Shown here one piece after another: positions 53,401 to 61,386 of a stretch of DNA of 64,000 nt. Origin of the DNA: a virus; IMG/VR virus record IMGVR_UViG_3300045988_174371, positions 224,001-288,000 of that record, one strand, 5' to 3'. The translations under genes were made by a program, and so were the position numbers. Each line of letters starts with the position of its first letter. The stretch's first letter is position 1. A model generated the notes under the pieces. The model was not told the DNA's origin. It worked only from the letters and a program-made list of their open reading frames with translations, and did not search any database.

Positions 53401-53519
53401 TTGGTCTTCGTAGTCAAAAGTTTGTTTCCTTCAAATGTGTTACTCGGGTCGCATAGCTCTATGAACGTACAACCGGCGGTCAAGTCTAGCGGCTCATTGA
53501 ACCTCACCTGTTTAGGCAT
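50451..53519 (-). CDS. Secreted mosaic cell-wall hydrolase: GH25 muramidase + eight LGFP-type repeats + NlpC/P60
   Basis: GH25 blocks DVSNHQPNINWG, MKSSEGTTYVDP and GGYHFALP. Repeated ...G.P.(S/T).E......Q.F units (e.g. GYPLTDEY...QQDF, LGVPVSEEY...AQDF). C-terminal YVWGGKTFKLWDCSGFVSWVY ... GYNHVGIYLGDGKMISA. The true start is probably downstream of the track start. Confidence 0.85.
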   Translation of the reverse strand: MPKQVRFNEPLDLTAGCTFIELCDPSNTFEGNKLLTTKTNTNVKKTVLASALLTATIAGTVAPAVANAEPDEKKKPLTAGSTITVSETETIKNDAETHLEGDTATTEAAPTLQGSVSVQNIQVALAETPEEGAKKGGATVGWGAKAQAIDKQNLTGAQDSTISNATAPTLAVVPLTTRNGWKPSWGVLGQDVSNHQPNINWGAQYAAGSRFSWMKSSEGTTYVDPTFSKHYAGARDAGLVTGGYHFALPPQSSGRTQAEIFIKNGGGWTADGKTLPGMLDLEYNPYPSLGNTCFGMSQSQLKTWTWDFVNTYKDKTGRYPTIYSTTDWWNTCMGGTNEFNGLPLHIANYSTGPGFMPGGSTSFDIWQFSSVAPFAGDSNVFNGTAAELDNFVRNRDYVSKWGSNGKVSPSPVTDRSAAPEKPKDAPAPVKDNGDRHFNNGGYINIYSGIGSYWHKDEARYGTPIGRELALPGGWAQDFTNSYRILHRKDGKGGAIYLRGAIGDLWVKNGNEYGRFGYPLTDEYSFRESAQQDFDSGKKLIWSAKNGVHVMTNFEPITNKWLEMGDVRTIGTPITDEVAQGNTVYQDFRTENGVVTRLTLDKATGKVSVSDPTSKFQAVNGIKKYLTDTRRNYGAPVENERKTSATSWEQRFESGHTVVYSHQARGKTIWTRGAIGNRWVQAGGSAGTYKYPTTEEVTKNGYTYQDFGSGHKMVWTEKTGVYNIWMPGAIGHYWEQHQNEIGVPISEETSQGNGVVTQDFLTKDGRTVKLVWTEQTGVHSIDINSAIARKWLSYGEVGKNKLGVPVSEEYYVHGGRAQDFKNGDDYYIVGWDASANRTHVIQFNSEVGKKWAREGHWDKHGFPVSDVVGNRNATTQWFSRTGKLSTLHNVARGSVVVPASLSAEPLVNQSANVKDKIVATAKSGLGGTYVWGGKTFKLWDCSGFVSWVYAQHGIKLTPYTFAMKNELKPTATPQPGDIVFQNGYNHVGIYLGDGKMISALNPSNGTLIHPTSWMPVDGYFTAK

Positions 53520-53602
53520 ACTCGAATAATATAGCGGAACACCCGCCGCATAAGTATACTCAGGTGGCAGATACTCACTTAAGGAAACATTAGGCTTTAG
53601 TG

Positions 53603-53647
53603 CATAAAAATGCTGCTACCCGGCTAATTAAAGCCGGGTAGCAGCAT
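53603..53647 (-). terminator. Intrinsic terminator after the 504-aa gene
   Basis: 16-bp perfect arms (53610-53625 and 53632-53647). The minus strand continues TTTTTATGC. Confidence 0.75.
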
Positions 53648-53663
53648 CACAAAGAAGGTCACT

Positions 53664-55178
53664 CTACCAGACCGTCCACCCCTCATAATCTTCTACAGCC
53701 ACCCTATCAGGGTATGCGGTGAAACCAATCGGAGTTTCCGTCTTGCTCGCGCCTGCACGATACAGACCTAGCGCCCTATCTGCGTTAGTGAGAACAGGTG
53801 AGTTGTCTCCCTCGTAAGCCCCCACAGTCTGATAGAGAACCCCATCAGCATTGGTCTCCAAAACTACAGCATACTGCTGGGAACTACCCCCACCGCTGGG
53901 TCTACAAACAATATCACCTGGGGCGACATGAGACATCGCCTCTCTCTCCCCCAAATCCCTGAACATCTCGTCGCGGTAATGGGCGTAACTACTAGTCGCA
54001 AACTTGCGGCGACGCTCCTGCTCAGCTGAAGTCATGTAGCTATGGGAGATAATGTCATTCCACTCCAAAGCCTTAATATCTTCTTTCAAAGACTCGCCGC
54101 GCGTAGGAGACTGAGCAATAACCGCCTGACGGGGAGTTTGCGGCGGCACCTCACCATCAGCCACAATAAGAAGCTGTTCAAGCTCATCTGCCGACTTCCC
54201 TACACCCATAAGGTTAGGGTTGATGACCAGATAACCGTGTTCGGTTGGTTGGGATGAACATGCTTCCAAGAGCTGACGCATCTGCCGTGCATCTCGCGGG
54301 TAGTGCAACCCATTCTCATCAACATCAGTCTCAGCGGTCTGAAGCCACACTTGATACTCTGGGTGGTTCTGAAGCGCATCAGCAACCGCCTGCCGGATAG
54401 CTTCTTGAGTCCCTTCATCTAACTGGTGTGATGCACGAAGCGACTCTGGCAAATGTGAAGCAGTCATAAGTCTCTCAAGGAGTATGCCGGTATGCTTCGC
54501 TAATGCTCTGTTGTGGTTATTTAGGTAATGCGCGTATGCCGCGTTCGCATACCCCAAATACCTCTTCTCACCAATACCTTCAATGCGTTTAAGGTATTGC
54601 GATTTATTTTTTGAAAGCTGTTCATATGAGGGATACTTCTTGTCGGCGGCAATGACCATCGCAGTAGTCTGACTATTCGTCTTTTCCCGCTTATGCGCCT
54701 CAAACATAGCCTTAGCCGTAGCAATATTCGCAGGACTCGAAGACGACAACCCGGCAGGAGTTACCTTAGCCAACCTTGAAATGGATGTCGTCTCCACAAT
54801 CTCCCATAACGAAAGCGGAGTGGTTGAAACATAATTCGGGGCAGAAACAGAGGTAGCGTCAGTATCAGCATACATCTTGTCGGCAGGCTGTTTCTTCGCG
54901 ACCGCATAGTCAATACGCGCGCGGCTGTCAGCGGCATAAGCGGCGGCATCAGTGTCAGGGATAAGGGATACCTGCTCCTTCGTGAGCGTAGAACGCTCAG
55001 CTGGAGCCTTGCCTTCCAGGACAGCCTTAGCAGAAATCTGCTCAGCGGCTTCAATTGCCTCAATCAGAGTGTCGAAGTGCAGAACACCCTCACCATTATT
55101 CAGGTGCCTGTACGCGCAAACATCCCTGCCTCGGCACTCATTAGGCTTATTATTGGGGGAGATGTGGTAGCATTGCAT
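53664..55178 (-). CDS. Hypothetical protein (504 aa) with N-terminal H-C-C-H module
   Basis: The N-terminus QCYHISPNNKPNECRGRDVCAYRHLNNGEGVLHFDTLIEAIEA is paralogous to the N-terminus of the 747-aa protein. The remainder is unassigned. Confidence 0.55.
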   Translation of the reverse strand: MQCYHISPNNKPNECRGRDVCAYRHLNNGEGVLHFDTLIEAIEAAEQISAKAVLEGKAPAERSTLTKEQVSLIPDTDAAAYAADSRARIDYAVAKKQPADKMYADTDATSVSAPNYVSTTPLSLWEIVETTSISRLAKVTPAGLSSSSPANIATAKAMFEAHKREKTNSQTTAMVIAADKKYPSYEQLSKNKSQYLKRIEGIGEKRYLGYANAAYAHYLNNHNRALAKHTGILLERLMTASHLPESLRASHQLDEGTQEAIRQAVADALQNHPEYQVWLQTAETDVDENGLHYPRDARQMRQLLEACSSQPTEHGYLVINPNLMGVGKSADELEQLLIVADGEVPPQTPRQAVIAQSPTRGESLKEDIKALEWNDIISHSYMTSAEQERRRKFATSSYAHYRDEMFRDLGEREAMSHVAPGDIVCRPSGGGSSQQYAVVLETNADGVLYQTVGAYEGDNSPVLTNADRALGLYRAGASKTETPIGFTAYPDRVAVEDYEGWTVW

Positions 55179-55232
55179 TCTTCATTTTCCTGCTGTCTTT
55201 TTACGAGATTTAGGGGTCTAGCATTTATCGTG

Positions 55233-55293
55233 CGTAAAAGCCGCCCAGCACCCCAAGCGCCCCATCGTAGGGGCGGAAGGTAACTGGGCGGCT
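55233..55293 (-). terminator. Intrinsic terminator after the 181-aa membrane protein gene
   Basis: Arms agccgcccag (55239-55248) and ctgggcggct (55284-55293) with an inner gcccc/ggggc stem. The minus strand continues TTTTACGC. Confidence 0.6.
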
Positions 55294-55353
55294 CCACTAT
55301 GAGGAGGTCAGCCGATGAAGGCTAGAGTATTCACACATACAATATATCAGTGG

Positions 55354-55899
55354 CTATTTCCGCTTCGTGGCAGTAATAGACGGTGCAGGCTTCGGGGTGC
55401 TCATGGGCACAAGCTCACCGTCAGTGGTCATATTCGTGCACCGGGGCGTAATCTTCACCTTCAGCTCACGGTTATCAAAGATAATACCCTGCTCACGCTG
55501 TTCATCAGTGAAAATAAGAGGACACTGACGGTACACCTGCTTAGCCGGGTTGCTGAAGTCCTTGAAAACAGGGACACCTTCAGCATTGATGTGTGAATAC
55601 ACCAAGTTCATTCCTACCTCATCGCCACGCCACTGCCGAAGCTGGTCTTCATCTACGGTCAGGCGATTAGTGATATTGGAGGATAGCTCCACAGTCCTGC
55701 TGGTATGGTCGTTCCACCACAGCCACCCAGCGCCGGAAAGACATGCAAATGCTAAAACTCCGAATGTGGCAATAGTGCGTTCGTGAGCGTCCGTGAAGAG
55801 CTCAAACAGCGTAAAGATGAGGCAGATGCCGCCAATGACGACTAGGGGGATAATCCAGAATAGCGGGTTGATGCTGTCGTGGGCTGTAATGTACATCAT
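55354..55899 (-). CDS. Two-TM membrane protein (181 aa)
   Basis: Hydrophobic segments LFWIIPLVVIGGICLIFTLF and FGVLAFACLSGAGWLWW, then a soluble roughly 110-aa domain. Confidence 0.5.
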   Translation of the reverse strand: MMYITAHDSINPLFWIIPLVVIGGICLIFTLFELFTDAHERTIATFGVLAFACLSGAGWLWWNDHTSRTVELSSNITNRLTVDEDQLRQWRGDEVGMNLVYSHINAEGVPVFKDFSNPAKQVYRQCPLIFTDEQREQGIIFDNRELKVKITPRCTNMTTDGELVPMSTPKPAPSITATKRK

Positions 55900-55946
55900 G
55901 GTATGTAAGTGTGATTTCCTAATAGTTGTTTAGTTTGTTGTGCGGT

Positions 55947-56084
55947 CTACATTACACCAAATAGTCGTAGAGCAATGAGGGTTGCAGAGCTCCAGAAAGC
56001 GGTAGAAATAGCGCCCGCAATGAGGAAGCCTCGCATAAACTCAGTGCCATACTCGGCATCAACGAAAGTGTCAGTCATTTCCAT
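55947..56084 (-). CDS. 45-aa single-TM protein
   Basis: ATG 56084 with AAGGAG 8 nt upstream. MEMTDTFVDAEYGTEFMRGFLIAGAISTAFWSSATLIALRLFGVM. The track ORF extension to 56177 is rejected. Confidence 0.5.
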   Translation of the reverse strand: MEMTDTFVDAEYGTEFMRGFLIAGAISTAFWSSATLIALRLFGVM

Positions 56085-56107
56085 TATTGGTTTCTCCTTA
56101 TTGGGGT

Positions 56108-56296
56108 TTAGTAGTTGTTCCACGGGCGGTTGTCTACCACCTTCACAGGCAAAGGTCGCTTGTTGCGACTGCCCCATCCAGAGTTGCGAGCCAATGCTCG
56201 GATAGGGTCGGGGCGGTTCAGTGCATTAGCGGTGTTGCGGTCGTATCGTGCGGCAAGAGCGCGTAGGGAATAGAAGACTTCACGAATATACTTCAT
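56108..56296 (-). CDS. 62-aa basic hypothetical protein
   Basis: ATG 56296 (MKYIREVFY) with AAGGAA 5 nt upstream. Arg-rich. Confidence 0.45.
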   Translation of the reverse strand: MKYIREVFYSLRALAARYDRNTANALNRPDPIRALARNSGWGSRNKRPLPVKVVDNRPWNNY

Positions 56297-56367
56297 GGTA
56301 GTTCCTTTCAAGTAAGTAATAAATGAAAAATAAATCTGCCAATAAGTGTATCACATACTTAGAAGGT

Positions 56368-56409
56368 GTGCAAAAGCGCCGCGCATGTGCTAAGACATAC
56401 GCGGCGCTT
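56368..56409 (-). terminator. Intrinsic terminator after the 1108-aa surface protein gene
   Basis: Arms aagcgccgcg (56374-56383) and cgcggcgctt (56400-56409). The minus strand continues TTGCACACC (no clear U-tract). Confidence 0.6.
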
Positions 56410-56429
56410 CACAGCATAGCAATTAGATG

Positions 56430-59400
56430 CTACTGCTCACCATCATCCTTCTTCTTGGAACGGACACGGCGGATAAGCACTACCACAGCGGCAATCAGCC
56501 CGCCAACAAGAGCACCCTTGAAAGCTGAAACTAGGACAGAATCACCATTGTGACCAGTCTTAGCCTCAACAGGCTTGGAAGGCTTCTCTGAAGGCTGTTC
56601 AGGCTTCTCAACAATCCCAGTAGAGCTTCCATCGTTCTGCGTCGGAACTACCTTGGAAGCAGGAGCCTCTGACGGAGTGCCAGCGGGAACAGTGGCTTCA
56701 CCCCTCGGCTCAGCAGTAGCAGAACCACCATTCACAGAACCCTCATATTCAGGGCCATTCTCACGAACAGCGGGCTCAGTACCGTTCACGCCACCGGTAA
56801 AGTCGTCCTTCTTGTTAGAGTCAGCCTCTACCGCGTTCGCACCACCCGTATACTCAGGGTCATCTTCACGGATAGCAGGCTCGGAGCCGTTCACGCCGCC
56901 GTTAAACTCGGGATTCTCAGTAGCAACCTCGGGTTCACCCTTCTCAGTGACAACCTGGTCGGGGTTTGCAGGCTGGGTAGCAGGTTCGCCCTTCTCGCTA
57001 GAAGTATTCGCTAGAGCCAATGCCTTGCCGGTAGTAGAACCAATCAGCAAGGTAACAGCGCCCTTAGAAGATACGGTGCCGTCGGAACGTACAGCCGCGT
57101 AGGATACGGTCGGCGCGAAACCCTCCTTAGTCTTGGTGGTAATCTCGATACCCTTACGGTTCTTGCCGGGCACGTCCACAACACGGTAGGTAGCCATACC
57201 ATCATCATACTGGGTGACTTCCTCGCCGTTGGTGTTGTACAGCTTAACGCCCGTAAGGGTCATTCCGTTATTATCGCCGAAATTCGTAGAATCATTAGCC
57301 AGTACGTCCACAATCTGAGTGGTACCAGTCTTGAGGCGCGGGTAATCAGAAGCCGCTAGAGGGTTAGCTTCCTGAACGCCACCGAGTGTGTAGCTAATGC
57401 CACGGTAAGCATAGTTGGGGTCATTCGCGTATGCCTGGAAATACCACTTTTTAGTCTTCGCGTTCACCACAGGGACATCTTCACGTCCAGCCTGACGGAT
57501 AACCTGCTTCGTCTCATCGGTAATCGGGACGGTGGTACCCGTCCACTGGGACTTGTCTTCCAATTTTTCGTAGGCGAGGTAGTCCTTGGACTTGCGCAAG
57601 TTCTCGGTGACCAGATGTACGGGGGTTGATACACCCTCGCGGGTCGGGGTGATGGTCATGCCCAGCTCTTCGCCCTGCACCACACCGTTATCAGTCTCGG
57701 TAGTGGACTTGTAGCCCGGAGTCTCGTGGAAATCGGTATGTAGGTTCATAACCCAGAAAGGGTCGGTCACGGTGTAGGTACGTGAATCACGACCAGTGTG
57801 TGTGGTGTGACCGATGTACCCGTTCTCATGTACACGGTCAGGCAAGAAGGTGCGGACAGTAGTATCAGCCGGGATAGCATCAGCCGACCAGTTCACAAGC
57901 GTGTTCTGCTGACCTTTAGAACCCGCAGGAAGCTCGGCGTAGTTCACGGGCATCCATTGGACAGCCTGCCACGGGAACGCGGCGTTGCCGCCGGTGTGCT
58001 TGTCGAACATTTTCTTCAACCAGCCATTTTCGACAGTCTCATCGGTATAGATATTCTTGCCTTCACGTGCGGCAGGCGCGTATGACCAGCCCGACTCGAA
58101 GTTGAAAGCAATCGTTGCGAGGTTGCGGTCAGTGACAATGCCGCCGTATTCCTTAGCGGCTTCAATCTGCATACGCAGAATAGCGTCGTCGGTCTTGTCA
58201 ATGGAGCGCAGATAACCATCAGTATCAAAGTCCTTCGGCAAACGCCAACGCTGACCGGCGTGCGGAGCTTCCGGGTACTTGGTGGTGTCGATATTGCCGT
58301 CTGCCATTTTCGCTGGGAAAGACGCGCCGCGCTGGTAGTTCGGGAAAGTCACCGACAGGGCATGGTTAATCTTGCCGCTACGAAGCTCATCGATGCCAAT
58401 CTGCGTATTCTCATTAGCCATACCCACAACAGATGAAGTGCCAGAAATAAGGTTCAGCCAGTAGTTGTTTTCACCCATGCCGCCAAAGTTGGGCTTAGCG
58501 GGAATGTAGCCACCCGAAGAGTACTTAATGACGGGTGTCCAGTCTGCTTCAATCTGAACATTCAGAGTGCCACCTGCCTTCTCTACAGCCGCACGGGTAG
58601 CGGTGATAGCGCCGGTATGTGCGTCAATAGTTACACCTTCAACCGGGTTTACGATGCGGAAGGTCTGACCACGACCAATAGGGTATCGCATATCGCGACC
58701 AGATTCCATGTCACGAGAGTAAGCCTGCACCGTGATAGTATCACCCGCAGAATACGGCGACACGTGGTTCCTGGGGGTGTCCACAGGAGTCAAACCATCC
58801 TTAGCGGTGGTCTTCTCACCAGGAACAGCCTGTAGCCGTGCGCTCTCAGCGTCAATGGTCTGGGTCTTACCCTCAACGGGTGCGGAGGTGAAGTACGCCG
58901 TATCGTAGTTCACCTTCTGGCGCTGGGTCTTATCCTTAGCCCCACCCCATGCGGTGACGTTGGGGACAGTGCCGTCTTCGGACATCTTGATAGTCGCCGT
59001 AGTGCTGTAGGTCTGCGCGGGCGCATCCTGCATGACGTGGAACATGGAAGTCCACAGACCAGTAGCCACGTCATAAGTCGCCAAGGACTTATCACCGGAA
59101 GGATTCGGATGCTTCAGGTGCCAAGTCGGAATAGGGCGAGAACCCATAGTGAGGCGGCGGGTCGCCTCACTGGTGAGGGCGCGGTTATCGCGGGACACGA
59201 CCTCCACATATTCCTGGTTAGGGTTAGAGGAATCGACAGTGAGGGTGGGAATAAGTTCCTGACCAGCACCGCCCCGGTTCACATTCTCAGCGGTCAGCCA
59301 CTTATTGATAGTGCGTGAGTACACGAGGTGCTGGGAATTGATGTTCTGGCTGTTATCCAGCACGGGCGTATTATCGGGTAGCTTCTGGTAGGCGAAAGTA

Positions 59401-59756
59401 TCGCGTGCTACCTGCTGACCAGCACCCCAAATGCCAGTATCCTCAACCTTATGCAGGTCTTCGGTGGTCTTATTGCTGTCCACTGGGGCGTAAGGTGCAA
59501 GCACTTCGTGGGTGGGGTCAGCATTGTTGAAACAGAAACCGTTTACAGTGTTGCCGTTTTCATCCAGGGGCACGAGTCGGTACCCGGTGACGAGGCACGG
59601 CTTACCGTTACTGGTGCTAACGGTCTTGGTGGGGGCGGTTTCGCCGTGGTGGTTATCCCACGGGTTAGACCCAGTAGCCGTTGATGCTGATGCGAAGGTG
59701 CTAGGCATTAGGGAAGCGGTGGCAAGCGCCACAGCTAGGAACTTCTTATTTGACAT
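56430..59756 (-). CDS. Very large surface protein with PE(F/Y)xGGVNG repeats and VEAKTG sorting signal
   Basis: Signal peptide MSNKKFLAVALATASLMPSTFASA (ATG 59756, GGAGAAAGG upstream). C-terminal repeats PEFNGGVNGSEPAIREDD / PEYTGGANAVE / FTGGVNGTEPAVRENG / PEYEGSVNGG. The protein ends PVEAKTGHNGD plus TM plus RRVRSKKK. Confidence 0.75.
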   Translation of the reverse strand: MSNKKFLAVALATASLMPSTFASASTATGSNPWDNHHGETAPTKTVSTSNGKPCLVTGYRLVPLDENGNTVNGFCFNNADPTHEVLAPYAPVDSNKTTEDLHKVEDTGIWGAGQQVARDTFAYQKLPDNTPVLDNSQNINSQHLVYSRTINKWLTAENVNRGGAGQELIPTLTVDSSNPNQEYVEVVSRDNRALTSEATRRLTMGSRPIPTWHLKHPNPSGDKSLATYDVATGLWTSMFHVMQDAPAQTYSTTATIKMSEDGTVPNVTAWGGAKDKTQRQKVNYDTAYFTSAPVEGKTQTIDAESARLQAVPGEKTTAKDGLTPVDTPRNHVSPYSAGDTITVQAYSRDMESGRDMRYPIGRGQTFRIVNPVEGVTIDAHTGAITATRAAVEKAGGTLNVQIEADWTPVIKYSSGGYIPAKPNFGGMGENNYWLNLISGTSSVVGMANENTQIGIDELRSGKINHALSVTFPNYQRGASFPAKMADGNIDTTKYPEAPHAGQRWRLPKDFDTDGYLRSIDKTDDAILRMQIEAAKEYGGIVTDRNLATIAFNFESGWSYAPAAREGKNIYTDETVENGWLKKMFDKHTGGNAAFPWQAVQWMPVNYAELPAGSKGQQNTLVNWSADAIPADTTVRTFLPDRVHENGYIGHTTHTGRDSRTYTVTDPFWVMNLHTDFHETPGYKSTTETDNGVVQGEELGMTITPTREGVSTPVHLVTENLRKSKDYLAYEKLEDKSQWTGTTVPITDETKQVIRQAGREDVPVVNAKTKKWYFQAYANDPNYAYRGISYTLGGVQEANPLAASDYPRLKTGTTQIVDVLANDSTNFGDNNGMTLTGVKLYNTNGEEVTQYDDGMATYRVVDVPGKNRKGIEITTKTKEGFAPTVSYAAVRSDGTVSSKGAVTLLIGSTTGKALALANTSSEKGEPATQPANPDQVVTEKGEPEVATENPEFNGGVNGSEPAIREDDPEYTGGANAVEADSNKKDDFTGGVNGTEPAVRENGPEYEGSVNGGSATAEPRGEATVPAGTPSEAPASKVVPTQNDGSSTGIVEKPEQPSEKPSKPVEAKTGHNGDSVLVSAFKGALVGGLIAAVVVLIRRVRSKKKDDGEQ

Positions 59757-59959
59757 ATAGCCTTTCTCCAATGTGGATGCGTGGTAGTTCTATTAACGCT
59801 AATGTATAACTTTAAGTATCCCTGCCAGATGCTTCACCTGACAGGAAGTGGCTACATAAAGCTGGGACTAGCGATGTAACCTAATATTTATAGCACGACT
59901 ATGCACGATTTGGGAAATCGGGCAGGTTGCATACGAATAACAAGCGTATAAACATACAC

Positions 59960-59988
59960 TTGTTGCCGCTTTGAATATGTGGTATGAT
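59960..59988 (+). promoter_or_regulatory. Promoter candidate for the nucleotidyltransferase gene
   Basis: -35 TTGTTG (59960-59965), 17-nt spacer, TGTGGTATGAT (59978-59988). Confidence 0.5.
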
Positions 59989-60036
59989 TGAGCTATTGAT
60001 AAGGAGTTGGCAACGCAATCATATAAGGAGTACGCC

Positions 60037-60636
60037 ATGCAAACCCCTGACTGGGAAGATATTGTTAATGCCGCAGAAAACGTCGGCATTAACCGCCTAT
60101 CTATCATCGCCTACGGCTACTACGGCTCCCGCGCTACTGGGCTTGCCACCCCTGAAAGCGACGAGGACATCTTCGTAGTCATTGACACTACTGTCCAGAA
60201 AGATGAGAAGATGAACATTAGCGACGCTTGCGACATTAAGTTCATCTCTGCCAAAGAATGGCCCACCAATGCAGACTTCCTCTTCGACATTATTGCCATC
60301 GGCAACATTATCTTCCCGAAGCAAATTCGCGATGCAGGGGCAAAGGAGGAACGTAACCCGTGGGCGGCATACATTCAGAACTACCGCACCCCCGTATATT
60401 CTGCAATGCAGGGTTCTATCTCAGCATCTCGCGCCGCTGATAAGCGACTGGAAAACATTAAGCGTCGCGAAACTTTCGACCCTATCAGCAAGCGCAAGCG
60501 CGCAAAGAACGCCCGCAAGGAGAAGGTTCGCAAGCGCAAGCTAGAGGAATACGCATACAGTATGTTCAGTAGCGACCGACCCGTGTATAAGCCGTACTTC
60601 AATGCGGCAGAACGTGAATACGTACTGAACGGCTAG
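60037..60636 (+). CDS. Pol-beta-superfamily nucleotidyltransferase with basic C-terminal tail
   Basis: AYGYYGSRATGLATPESDEDIFVV (GS-x9-10-DxD minimal NTase motif). KRKRAKNARKEKVRKRK tail. ATG 60037 with AAGGAG 6 nt upstream. Confidence 0.7.
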   Translation: MQTPDWEDIVNAAENVGINRLSIIAYGYYGSRATGLATPESDEDIFVVIDTTVQKDEKMNISDACDIKFISAKEWPTNADFLFDIIAIGNIIFPKQIRDAGAKEERNPWAAYIQNYRTPVYSAMQGSISASRAADKRLENIKRRETFDPISKRKRAKNARKEKVRKRKLEEYAYSMFSSDRPVYKPYFNAAEREYVLNG

Positions 60637-60649
60637 GAGCCCAAGCTGT

Positions 60650-60706
60650 AAAGGGATGAAACCCTCTCGCATTACCAGGCGGCGAGAGGGTTTCATCCCT
60701 TTTTGT
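60650..60706 (+). terminator. Intrinsic terminator of the nucleotidyltransferase gene
   Basis: 21-bp perfect arms (60650-60670 and 60682-60702) running into TTTTT. Confidence 0.85.
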
Positions 60707-60715
60707 GCGCCGCAT

Positions 60716-60745
60716 TTGAAATAATGGGGCACCCTGTGGTAGAGT
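60716..60745 (+). promoter_or_regulatory. Promoter candidate upstream of hup
   Basis: -35 TTGAAA (60716-60721), 18-nt spacer, cTGTGGTAGAGT (-10 at 60740-60745). A second candidate is TTGCAA-18 nt-TGCTATGAT at about 60844-60873. Confidence 0.5.
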
Positions 60746-60953
60746 GAGTTACATCTTCACCCGATAACCTCTAAAGTGGGGGAATCGAATACGTGAAGCA
60801 GACACTTTCAGGCAACTTTCACCCCGTACTGATAGGGCGAAAGTTGCAAGGTCTCCGTTCTATGTGCTATGATAAAGTCACTTGGAACTTCGAGGCTCCG
60901 CCTGGAATGCGTCTGAGCACCCCCATTGTTTACTTAGTAGAACGGATACGGAA

Positions 60954-61238
60954 ATGTCCACCATCTCCACCAAGGAAATTTACGCACAGGTCGCTGAGAA
61001 GGCTGGTAAGAGCCAGGCAACCGTAAAGGCTACCATCGACGCACTACTTGAGACCATCGCTGAGAACGTTTCTCAGGGCAACAAGGTTCAGCTCGTCGGC
61101 TGGCTGGCTGTAGAGCGCACTGAGCGTGCGGCGCGTCCTGGTCGCAACCCGCAGACTGGTGAGGCTATTCAGATTCCTGCTGGTTACGGTGTGAAGGTTG
61201 CCGCAGGCGCTAAGCTGAAGGATGCAGTCAAGAAGTAG
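60954..61238 (+). CDS. hup: HU/IHF-family nucleoid protein
   Basis: 94 aa. KATIDALLETIAENVSQGNKVQLVGW ... RPGRNPQTGEAIQIPAG (the DNA-binding arm with RNPQTGE). ATG 60954; the track extension is rejected. Confidence 0.9.
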   Translation: MSTISTKEIYAQVAEKAGKSQATVKATIDALLETIAENVSQGNKVQLVGWLAVERTERAARPGRNPQTGEAIQIPAGYGVKVAAGAKLKDAVKK

Positions 61239-61255
61239 TCTCCGACTACTTTTAT

Positions 61256-61307
61256 GGCGGTGATACACTCCAATCTATTTGGAGACGCATCACCGCCCTG
61301 CTTTTTG
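61256..61307 (+). terminator. Intrinsic terminator of hup
   Basis: Arms ggcggtgat (61256-61264) and atcaccgcc (61289-61297), then CTGCTTTTTG. A shorter agtagtc/gactact hairpin plus TTTT overlaps the stop codon (61234-61254). Confidence 0.65.
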
Positions 61308-61320
61308 TCTTAAAGGTGAC

Positions 61321-61376
61321 ACAACAAAGAATAATGAAAGCCCCTACCTGGATGATAGGTAGGGGCTTTCATTATT
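61321..61376. terminator. Bidirectional terminator between hup and the convergent 61387-62607 gene
   Basis: 19-bp perfect arms (61330-61348 and 61358-61376). The minus strand continues CTTTGTTGT. Confidence 0.7.
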
Positions 61377-61386
61377 GCTTCTCTTT

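Noticed and set aside
60037-60636. MNT-HEPN toxin-antitoxin pair around the nucleotidyltransferase
   Set aside because: There is no adjacent small HEPN gene and no Rx4-6H motif in the C-terminal half. The gene is flanked by its own promoter and a 21-bp terminator.
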